A DNA stretch of 64,000 bases from Antedon mediterranea. Taxonomy: Eukaryota; Animalia; Echinodermata. Location: positions 7,502,001-7,566,000 of the forward strand of contig NC_092673.1 of NCBI RefSeq assembly GCF_964355755.1, given 5' to 3'. The notes beneath the pieces are model-generated. The model saw only the letters and a list, made by a program, of their open reading frames with translations, did no database searches and was not told the DNA's origin. Shown here piece after piece: positions 21,313-32,499 of this stretch. The position numbers and the translations under genes are program-made. Within the stretch, counting starts at the first letter, position 1, and the number at the start of each line of letters is the position of its first letter.

Positions 21313-24300
21313 ATGACTTCTAGTGCTTTGAATAACAAATATGACTCTGTTGAGTTCCCATTTTGTGATGAGGTCACCAAATATGAAAAACTTACCAAAA
21401 TTGGTCAAGGAACATTTGGGTAAGAGAGAAGTCAATCCGGCGCCGCGACGACCTGTGTGTCGTGCCGTGGGCTTGACTCTGGGGAGAGAGGGACAATAAA
21501 CATGCTAGTAGGCCTAGCCTAGGCCTATATGCCTAGAGAGTTAGACATAAGACCGTTTTGGCCACAGGCTAATTTAGTTAGGTAATTAGCCTGGTTGCCT
21601 GTAGAGTCAAATGCAAATAGGCTAATGTAATAAGTGTAGGTAGGCCTAACCCTCTCACTAGCTAGCTAGGCTAGTAGTAGTACTAGTAGTAGGCCTACCT
21701 CTACTAGCGGAGTATGGTCGAAGCGGCCACCAGTTTAATAACGTAATTTGTATGGAACGCTATGCGTGCTTTAGCTTTGATGGTCGTTGTCAACGCCATG
21801 GCCTATAGCGAGTTGAGTTACAGCTAAAAGAGTATGGTCAAACCAATAAATATAAGCCAAAAATCATGTACTATCGAATCTTTATATTTTTATAATAATT
21901 AAGTTTGCCTGCCTGTACTATTGAACCTTTAATAATGTATGTACAGTATTGCCGAATCTTTATATCTCGTTTACATACTATCGAATCTTTATACAGTATG
22001 GCAATAATAATTTACATACGGTATTGCCGAATCTTTATATCTCGTTTACATACTATCGAATCTTTATACAGTATTGCATTAATAATTTACGTGTACGGTA
22101 TTGCCGAATCTTTATATCTCATTTACATACTATCGAATCTTTATACAGTATTGCATTAATAATTTACGTACGGTATTGCCGAATCTTTATATCTCATTTA
22201 CATACTATCGAATCTTTATACAGTATTACAATAATAATTTACGTACGGTATTGCCGAATATTTATATCTCATTTACATACTGTACTATCGAATCTTGGTT
22301 TTTATTATTAGTAATAGGGTGTGTTATACATTTAAGTGTTATTCCATTGTAATACATTGTTTGTGTTTTCAATAAAGCAACGTGGGGACGAATACGCCAG
22401 AAGAACGCGCACCTTCTTCAGCACTATTCCTGGCCGCAAGTCGAGTTATTAGCAGGAATTCGCATAATTAATTACCGTACCGTACAGACACTTGCATCTT
22501 ATTTTAGTATTTAAAACTCATTTTAAATTGAACAATATTTATATATTTGAAGGTATACAATAATGTAGAATATTAAATAAATAAATTGCTGTCTTGTAAT
22601 TAAATTATGATTGCGAACACTACTAGTTACTTTACTAATTAATTAATATACAATAACAAAAATAAATATATATATTTTGATATACTTTATTTAAAAAATA
22701 TATATAATTCCTATTAATAATTGGCTTATTATATATTATATCAATATACAATACAAACACCACAATGTATTTTATTGGCTTTATTAAAGTAACATATCAT
22801 TTAGAACAGTTAAAATAAGTAATCATCGATTCGCCTTTTCGTTTAAAAGAACATATCACAATCAATCTGTAAAAAAAGAAAATAAATTACATAATAATGT
22901 AGATTGTTATTTACGTCCGAGGTAAAGAAAACCTGTCGAAACAATGACAATCAAAGATTACAAAACAACGACAATCAAAGCACACACGGCGTTCCATAAA
23001 GATTACCGTTATTGAACTAGCGGCCGCTTTGGTTGGCGGCCGCTTCGACCGTAATTCCCTCTAGCTAGGGGCCAGGCTATATAATTATTTTTAATAGGCC
23101 TAGTCTAGTTAGGCCTATTAAAATATATTATAGGCTACTAGTCTAGGCCTATTATTATTAGTCTAGTAGGTCTATAAATTGTCAGACGATCGGGTCCATA
23201 TTCCAACCAAGACGATCGTGTGGACGTTCGGGCCCCAACATAATTAAATGATCGGAACCATTCTAAAATAAAAGAAAGACGATCGGGTCCATGAAAATTA
23301 GTAAGTTATAATTGTTCACCATAAAATAAGGTGTTCTTGATACAAATGTAATCAACTATGTAAAAGAATTATAAATTGTATATTATGTGTGTGTCAAATC
23401 TAGTTATTCTTGTTTGTAATACTAAACCATTTTGTAAAAAGGCCTGTGTCTGCTAGACGTTATACTTTTGGTAGCAAAAAAACGGCATAAGAGTAAAATA
23501 AAAGCACATCAATCAAGCCCACAACTGCTGCTACACAGGAAGCACAGTCAGTTGGTCCCATGTACAATCAATAATTTGGTTAAATACTGTAACAACACTC
23601 ATCCACTTGGTATGTAGTTGTGACAGTATGCCGAGAAGTCAATTAGAAACTAGAATGTATTTACAAAGGATATGTTCACTTGACTATCGGGCATTTTATT
23701 ATTATATAATTATAGCAAGTTGAAAACTCGGATCTACAGTAATTCCTAAACACTTTAATTCATAAACAGACAGCCAGTGCTTTTTAAGCTAGGCCTAGAC
23801 TAGTCGGAGTACTGTAGTGATTATTATTATTGTAGAATTACACTGTATTATCATTCATGTGGTTCTTTTATTTACTTTTTTTGCAGAGAGGTTTTCAAGG
23901 CTAGACACAAAAGAAACAGAAGAGTGGTTGCACTTAAGAAAGTTCTCATGGAAAATGAAAAAGAAGGAGTAAGTAATGACTGGTACTGTAGATACATGGG
24001 GGTAGAGGGAGAGAGGAGTCATGTTATTTTATGGGGGAGGGCTGAGATAACACTAAAACATTAACATTTGTCGTATTCGATTGGGAACTTTCGTTGTCAA
24101 TGTAAAGATTCGTTGAGTACTTTTTGTATTCAAATTGTAAATTTGTGCTCAACAGAAAGTCATTCGAATAGAAAACGTTGACAATGAAAGCTGTTTCGTT
24201 AAGAACAATCTCAACGCTCAAAATACTCTGTTAAAGAAGTACTCAACGGAAAAACTGTACTCAACGGTGAAAGTCTAAATCGAATACGACAATTATATGA

Positions 24301-26462
24301 CAATCAAAGTTTTGTGATTTGTATTGCCAAAACATTAAGCGTTTGAGACAGGATTGCCATAATCCATTAAAAATAATACTAAGCATTTATAAAGCGTTCT
24401 TAAATTGCTGTGTCTTAAGCCTTCTTGTCTACACTATCAAACTTTTTTATGTGACAAAAAAAATGTGATGTGCCCATATATGGACATAATGATGTCATAT
24501 CACTATCATATTTAAGCATATCACTACTTTTTTGTCAGACTAGGTTGATAGTGTAGACAGAGCTTTACAGCACTAATGACCACAAGTTTGTTTGAACTTT
24601 GTGGGATCATGCTCTGTGGTTGTGTTTTTAATATAATTTGTTCAGTGTAGGACAAGTCTATTTAAAAAAAAACCCAATTTAACCGTACAGAAGTAGATTG
24701 GGTGTACACTATTTCTCCTTGTGTATACTTTGAAAAACCAAGTACATCTTTTGAAATGAGAGGGGATTTTACAGTGTTCTACATTTCGCACTGTCCCCTA
24801 AGATAGATGAATTGGCACATTTGTTAAAACAAAAAATAAACCTCCAACCTACCAAATTGTTATACTATGTGTTATACAAATAGTATTTAATATTAATTAA
24901 TTATATTATTTGTTTATGTACAATTCTTACAGTTTCCGATTACAGCCTTAAGAGAAATCAAAATCTTGCAACTTCTCCGACACGAAAATGTGGTTCATCT
25001 AATTGAGATTTGCCGAACAAAAGGTACATGAAGTCGAGTGCAGTAACGTACTATTACTGTAAAGGATCTAAAGAGCACCACAACACAGCACTACAAATTT
25101 AAATGTGAAACAAATTTCATCTGTTTTAAGTTTAGTAATGGGTATAACACTGAAATAAATTCCTGTCATTTGATTGGACAATAAAACGCACTATTACACA
25201 ATCTTGCAATAAATATTCTCGCTTATGAAGAAAATAAAACACCAAAGCAGTCAATTAATTAAAAATTTCTTTAATGGAAGGCTTTTTGAAAATTATTGAA
25301 TCATTAATTATTAAACTTTGAAAGCCCATCATTTGTGTGACTGCTGTGTGTTGCTTTTTTATCAATTACAGTATATACATAAAACTTTTTATTTGCCGGA
25401 TATACATTACTTAAACCCGTTTTGAGTTTCCTCACTGAAAGTCAGTATAATTATACTACTTATAAGCCGATATGTTTGTGATAAATAGGCTGGCATAGCT
25501 TGCCATGGAGTACATACAGTAAGATATGTATGTATATCAGTAAAAAAGCGTTCAAAACCAGTTTCTGAATAATTCTGTTGCTACTTCTTTTTTTTTCAGC
25601 AACAGCATATAACCGTTTCAAGGGAAGTATCTTCTTAGTGTTTGAGTTCTGCGAACATGATTTAGCTGGGCTACTAAGCAATGCAAATGTCAAGTTCTCG
25701 CTTGGCGAGATAAAAGAGGTTGTGAAACAGCTTCTAAACGGACTCTACTATATCCATAGTAACAAAATACTACACAGAGACATGAAAGCAGCTAATATTC
25801 TTATAACAAAGGAAGGCAAGTTAAAATTAGCAGACTTTGGTCTTGCCAGGGCTTTCAGCCACGCTAAACCTAGCCAGCCGAACAGGTACACAAATAGAGT
25901 TGTCACATTATGGTACCGACCACCTGAGCTATTATTAGGTGAAAGAAATTACGGTCCACCTATAGATATGTGGGGTGCTGGGTGTATCATGGCTGAAATG
26001 TGGACGAGAAGTCCCATAATGCAAGGCAACACAGAGCAACATCAGTTGACCTTAATATCACATTTATGTGGGTCAATTTCGCCAGAAATATGGTCAGGCG
26101 TTGACAAACTTGAATTCTTTTCTAAACTTGAACTTCCAAAAGGTCACAAACGAAAAGTAAAAGAACGACTCAAAGCCTACGTGAAAGATCAGATTGCTTT
26201 GGACCTGATTGACAAACTGTTGTGGCTTGACCCGTCCAATCGTATTAATAGCGATGATGCCTTGAATCATGATTTCTTTTGGTTAGACCCGCTACCGTGT
26301 TCACTGCAAAAGATGTTGTCGTTACATACGCAATCCATGTTCGAGTTCCTTGCGCCACCACGGAGGCGAATCCAACAGCAAGCGCAGCATTCTGCTGTCC
26401 CACCACGAAGATCGGCAAACTTACCACAATCACATGATCAAACATTTGACAGAGTGTTTTGA
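21313..26462 (+). CDS. CDK9: Cyclin-dependent kinase 9 (P-TEFb kinase), copy A
   Basis: Exons 21313-21419, 23887-23968, 24933-25023, 25600-26462, all GT-AG and in phase. YDSVEFPFCDEV, GQGTFGEVFKA, VALKKVLMENEKEGFPITALRE, HRDMKAAN, DFGLARAFS, RYTNRVVTLWYRPPE, C-terminal FDRVF are the diagnostic CDK9 motifs. Confidence 0.97.
21705..23063. mobile_element. Non-autonomous TIR element containing a ~75-bp tandem repeat, in CDK9-A intron 1
   Basis: Imperfect TIR tagcggagtatggtcgaagcggcc / ggccgcttcgaccgtaattccctcta; tandem unit gtattgccgaatctttatatctcatttacatactatcgaatctttatacagtattgcattaataatttacgtacg at ~21940-22295. Confidence 0.6.
24420..24567. mobile_element. Short (~150 bp) Harbinger-like MITE; further copies at ~38555-38718, ~45815-45983, ~52910-53140
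   Basis: TIR (gct)ctgtctacactatcaaac / gtttgatagtgtagacagagct, shared core gtgatgtgcccatatatggac..gatgtcatatcactaccatattt, TAA/TTA flanks. Confidence 0.7.
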
Positions 26463-28735
26463 GTCGGTTGATTATGTCTAGTATTGTAAGTACAGAAATT
26501 GTCTGTCTTATCATTCAATCGACGGAAAGTATTATAAATGGATTATAAAGAGATGGAAATGATGGTAATGTTTCTAGATCTATTGTTTTCTAAGGATTTT
26601 GTACTGTACAAAAGTTGTACTTAGAGTACGTAAAGCAGGGATTGTTTTATTTACCATAAGTAGGTCTTGCCCAAATGAAACCAACTTACCTCAGTTAGTA
26701 ACTGAACAGGCCCATTAATATCCAGGCATGGTGTGCTGTGCATTAGTGTGGTCACAAAGAAACACACCATGCACTTTGTATAATTTATAGCATGTTTGCA
26801 ACTCGAAACATCCTCAGACACAAACTATTAAATTATTCTTATTTTTAGTTAAACATTATTAATCATGTTATAACATAATAATACACAGTCTGTGTTTGTC
26901 AATAATAAATTGTACATTCCAAATCATTTTTTATGATAAAATGTAAAATGCTTCTCCAGTATCATAGCATATTCTATAATACAGGTGTCACATGTGATAC
27001 AGTTGCATTATGAGATATCCTATCGACGCACGTCATACTAACACTGTATGTGGAGATAAAGTACTGAAAATTTCTACTGTACATACAATGTTACCGTAAA
27101 TAGAAATCCGCAACTTATTGATCAATCAATATTTGACTTTCATTTTTATGAATTATGTTACTAACTCATATTAAATATGTTGATGATGATAACTGCAAAA
27201 TATGAATATTGTATTTATTACTCAGTAGTTTTTTATATTTAACCAAGTTATTGCTAAAATTTCCTTTTTTCACACAATAATGTAAATCAATTAAATGTAT
27301 TTCAATTTAAAATGTATTATGTCCACTGTACTGTAAATGGGTAATAACCCAAATATTAATATTTATAAAATATACAGTAATTTATTAATCCCATAATGTA
27401 TCATTCTGAAGACAATTGTAAAATTAAATTATGCATTATTACAATAAAGAGATGAACAACTTAATAATTTTAACTATTGTTTTTAATAATAATAATTACT
27501 GTATCATATGTGTATATATTTTTTTTTAATCATTATTTTTAATTGCACCACGTAATTGTTAAATATATATCTTGACACTTTCATTGTTTTTATAAAACAA
27601 TTTCCAAATTGCTGTAGTAAGTATTGTTTTGTATATATTTATTAAGTGAGGCGAGCACGCCATATTCAACCATGTCATTCAGTATTCTATAGTCAAGTTC
27701 GATTGTGCCAATAGAAAATGTTACTACCAGACACTCGGTCAACTGTGCTGGTAGACAATAATAAATGACATGCATGTTTGACCAATAGACAATTCCAATT
27801 ATTCTCCCTTTATTTTGTATAACATTTAGTTTAGACTTTTCTGGTACAGTAGTACACCCTAAACAAAACCCTAAAAAGTTCTACATTTGTTTATCACACA
27901 AGTAAAACTAATAGAAAATAACCAATGATATTACATTTTGTGAAAATTGTGTAAATAGTAAATGTTTGTAAGACAAATACCAATAAAAATATCCTATTTT
28001 AGGTACTGCAGTGGGCCTACTGGTATTATTGTACATGCATGAGCATTTTTTGGAAAGTGTCAAATTTACATGTAAAGTAAAGTGGAAAGCTTTTCCCGTC
28101 CGTGGAACAATTCATGTGCGAAGGTTTTGCAAGCTCTGAATTCCCTGCATTGAAAACTGATGCTTAAACGTCTCATTTGATTTTCACATTGAAATCGTTC
28201 GTTGTGTAAAAATTGTGGTTCGCATGTAAATTGTTCAGTTTTCATCGGCTATTAACATGATGAGTTGAGTGCAGTGGAGCAGATATTACAATCCACCTAC
28301 TTTTTCCACTTAAACGCAACAAAATGATGTTATTGTAAACACAGAGCAAATAATTTGACCAATCATTATGCAACAGCTCATCCACTGTCGCTTTGTGATA
28401 GGTCAACTTACTTGCAGTGTGCCTACGTTGTGTTTCATCCATATGGGAACCATGCTCAACAGTGTTGCCACCAAACGTTGCTCATTTCTAATTGGTCTAG
28501 TACATCACGGTGACCCCCTACTCTTCCAAAAAATGCACTGGGTTCCTACAACCATTGATGTGTACACTGGACCTCCATCTTCTGATTCACCAGATTTGTG
28601 AAGATATTTTAGCTATAATTTGTGGTACCTGCCTTAACCCACTCGACTTGTCTATGGTTGTAAGCCTGTCTGTGGATGGGTTTAGTTTTGTTGTAAACCT
28701 GTTCGTTAAAATGACTACAACGCATTATGGTTTAA

Positions 28736-29082
28736 AGATGTATTGTCCCCCTGAAATAATTTTTACAATTTTTTTTTATATGACATTTTAATGTCACATA
28801 ATAGTTATCCACTTTAAACAAAATATTTTATTTAAACAAAAATGATTTACCGGAAAACACTGCAATTTAAAGCAATAAATAGACAAATTGGCTGCCAGCC
28901 AATAGGGGTTTTAGTTGAATTTGGCCATTTATTTTGTCTTTTTATATGAGAAAACATTGAGTTTTTTTTTGTTTTTTTTTTTATTTTTGATGAAAGGGAT
29001 TAACTTAAAACTCCAAAATAACCTATTCAAAGTCTGATTTAATTAATCGTCATTTTTCATGTTTTTGGGGGACAATACATCT
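28736..29082. mobile_element. Kolobok-like MITE with TTAA target
   Basis: TTAA-AGATGTATTGTCCCC...GGGGACAATACATCT-TTAG; homologous to the copy at 53149-53492. Confidence 0.7.
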
Positions 29083-29839
29083 TTAGTAAAAGGTTTTGAA
29101 TGCTCCGCCTTCCAAACAAATAAACCACCTTATCAATTTCAACATTTTAATATCAACAACCAAACATTTTTAACTTCAGTTAAAACATTTTCTGTGCTTT
29201 AATATTTTTTTTTCTTGACTTTAAATACTTTATTTCAAAATAACATTTCACAGAAGAGTAGCTATAATCTATAAATAAATATGTTGATTTTCTCTATGTT
29301 TAAAAAAATCTTTTAACAAAAAACAAATTTCTGTAAAATATTGCATAGCAATTTGTAAGTTTTAAATTGAGTACACAATCAATTGGCTTTGTTACAATAT
29401 AACAATACAGTGCAATAATCAATGCATTTCACACCCTAATTAAACCTAAATAAAGTTTTCTTGTAATGTATTAAAAGCAAGGATCTCCTAATTGACAATG
29501 GCAATGTTTTCAGTGTCGATACTCAACTCTTTGAAAGTGTTAAAATAACAAATATAACATTTCTCCATAGTAATATTGCCCTATTCTATTTAATACAATA
29601 CAATGTGTGAATCTAAAAAAAAAATGTTTTATTCTAATATATATTGGTAATAGAAAACTTTTTTAGTAAACATCCATATTTCATAAATTAAATAATAATA
29701 TTAAAGTATAAATTCTAATGTGCTATTAAAAAACATTTTGCTGACTTATAGTAGTTAATCAGTATTATGGAATGGTATTAATCAGTACTAGGATTATATT
29801 GTAATCGATTGTAATCTAGCAGTATTGTAATAAAGACAA

Positions 29840-30562
29840 ATTATGACCTTAAAATGCCAGGTCAAAGGACATGATACCATAAGATGGTTAATAAACCTAC
29901 GACCTTACAATGCCCAGTCAAAGGACATGACGATACCATATGGTTAATAACCTATGACCTTAAAATACTTGGTCAAAGACATGACAATACCATAAGATGG
30001 TTATAGCTTTAGAATACCTCGTCAAAGGACATGACAATACAATTAAATGGCAAAGGTGGTTATGAACTATGACTTTAAAATACCCGGTCAAATGACATGT
30101 CAAGACCATGAGATAGTAAAGGTGGTTCTGAACTATGACCATAAAATACCTGGTCAAAGGACATGTCAAGACCATGAGATGGTAAAGGTGGTTATGGACT
30201 ATGACCTTAAAATACCCGGTCAAAGGACATGTCAAGACCATGAGGTGGTAAAGGTGGTTATGGACTATGACCTTAAAATACCCAGTCAAAGGACATGTCA
30301 AGACCATGAGGTGGTAAAGGTGGTTATGGACTATGACCTTAAAATACCCGGTCAAAGGACATGTCAAGACCATAAGATGGTTATAGCTTTAGAATACCTC
30401 GTCAAAGGACATGACAATACAATTAAATGGCAAAGGTGGTTCTGAACTATGACCTTAAAATACCCATTCAAATGACAGTTCAATACCATGAGATGGTAAA
30501 GGTGGTTATGGACTATGACCTTAAAATACCCGGTCAAAGGACATGTCAAGACCATGAGGTGG
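29840..30562 (-). repeat. 66-bp tandem array derived from the CDK9-B terminal codons and stop
   Basis: Minus-strand unit ggtcatagtccataaccacctttaccacctcatggtcttgacatgtcctttgaccgggtattttaa contains PPHGLDMSFDRVF*; about 8 good copies plus degenerate distal ones. Confidence 0.92.
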
Positions 30563-32275
30563 TTTCTTTATTTTCTGTTGGTTCTGCTGTTGACGTCTAC
30601 GATTTAGAGCAGAGAATTCAAACATTGATTGTGTATGCAACGTAAGCATTTTGGCAAAAGAGCGTGGCATTGGATCAACCCAGAAGAAATCATGATTGAG
30701 GGCATCATCACTGTTGAGACGCTTTGCTGGATCTATTGCTAATAATTTATCGATCAAATCTAACGCAATCTGATCACGAACATATAGATGTAATCTTTCT
30801 TTTACTTTGCGTCGGAGATCTGGTTGCAGTTTTATCTTAGAGTAAAATTCTAGTTGTTCAACTTCAGGCCAAACTTCTGGTGTAATAGAACCACACAAAT
30901 TAGATATGAGGTTGAGTTGATGTTGTTCTGTGCTTCCTTGCATTATTGGTGTGCGTGTCCACATCTCAGCCATAATGCACCCTGCACCCCACAGATCAAT
31001 GGGTGGTCCGTAATTTCTCTCTCCGAGTAAAAGCTCGGGTGGGCGGTACCAGAGCGTGACAACGCGATTTGTATACCTATTAGGCTGATTCGGTCTGGCG
31101 AGGCTGAATGGTCGAGCAAGTCCAAAGTCTGCTAATTTCAAATTTCCTGTCTGAGTGATTAAAATGTTTGCTGTTTTCATGTCACGATGTAGAATTTTAT
31201 TACTATGTATATAATACATGCCATTCAAAAGCTGCTTCATAACTTCTTTGATCTCAGGCAATGAAAACTTGACTTGAGGGTTGCTAAGTAACCCAGCCAG
31301 ATCATGGTCGCAGAACTCAAATACGAGGTAGATACTAGTATTGCAATGGTCGTTTGATGTTCCTGTAAAAAATATATCAAAAGAAGCCAAATTTAATGGG
31401 CACAAAAAAAGTTGTATTAAAAGTTATAATAATTGGAATACACTGTACCTTTGGCTCTGCATATCTCTATCAAATGCGTAATATTTTCATGACGTAATTG
31501 TTGAAGAATCTTTATCTCTCTTAAAGCTGTGATTGGAAACTGTTGGGAGAAATAAATGATTAAACACATTTACCATATTCATTTGAATGCGGCGCTTATT
31601 GTTCAGGAGGGTTTTTAGGAGCGTGTTTATTCGGATGAGGCGTTTATTCAAAGCAGAGAGTTTTTATTCAAATAAATATAATAGTAACAAATTGCCATAG
31701 CACGTGTTATTAGGCTAGACCTGGGCCTATAATGTACTTTAAATTTACATTTAATTTGATTGAAAATACAACACAAAATATCATTATTACATGGAGCTAT
31801 AATATTTTATAGTACAATCAATGTCCGTAATTATTATTATTAACAATGTGAGATTTTTAGTCTCACCCCTTCCTTTTCATTGGCCATTAACACTTTTTTC
31901 AGTGCTACAATCTTTCTCGACTTTTTGTCTCGTGCTTTGAAAACTTCTCTGAAAGACAAAAATAATGCTAATAAATTATACTATAGTATGTAGAGTACAA
32001 CAGGGCTGAACAGTAGAGAGAGGGCTAGCAGAAGTGAGTATACAGTAGTTGAGATCAAACTATGCAATATACTGTAACCTAGCTAGGCCTAATACCGGTT
32101 CCTCTTCCTGGGAATTTCAGTATACCGACTGGGCTGTATAGTGCTGATTTGTGAACGAATTTTCTGCTTACCCAAAAGTTCCTTGGCCAATTTTCAATAT
32201 TTTTTCGTACTTTTTTACATCATCACAGAATGGAAACTCCAATGAATCAATCTTGCTGGCTGAATTTGAAGCCAT
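30521..32275 (-). CDS. CDK9: Cyclin-dependent kinase 9 paralogue, copy B (more diverged)
   Basis: Exons 32275-32172, 31948-31867, 31539-31449, 31362-30521, GT-AG and in phase; the two internal exons (82 and 91 bp) match copy A. GQGTFG, FPITALRE, HRDMKTAN, DFGLARPFS, RYTNRVVTLWYRPPE, FDRVF. No internal stops. Confidence 0.95.
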
Positions 32276-32499
32276 TGATTAGTTTAAAGTATGTCAAGTT
32301 GAACTATAGGTCGTTTTAAAATAGAGAAAATAGATACAAAAAACAACTTTTTGTTTCTCAGCTCTCAGCACACTTATGTCACCTATCGACGACGTACTAT
32401 GTTGTTGTTTTACTTAGTCTTTCAATCCAGATCCTTCAACTTTGGTTTGTTTCATGGTGCTGAGGAGACTACCATACTTCCGAAAAAATAAAGATGGCG
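32276..32499. promoter_or_regulatory. Probable bidirectional promoter between CDK9-B and C9orf78, with a YY1-type motif AAGATGGCG over the C9orf78 ATG
   Basis: Divergent ATGs at 32275 (-) and 32494 (+), 218 bp apart; aagatggcg at 32491-32499. Confidence 0.65.

Noticed and set aside
21905-22352. Three overlapping repetitive ORFs in CDK9-A intron 1
   Set aside because: Frames of the ~75-bp tandem repeat inside a non-autonomous element.
25578-26462. CDK9 ORFs as intronless retrocopies
   Set aside because: Upstream exons with canonical splice sites supply the N-lobe in both copies; the ORF-track starts lie in introns.
29960-30645. Repetitive ORFs (MVLTCPLTGY..., KVVMDYDLK...)
   Set aside because: Alternative frames of the 66-bp array; only the frame matching the CDK9 tail is meaningful.
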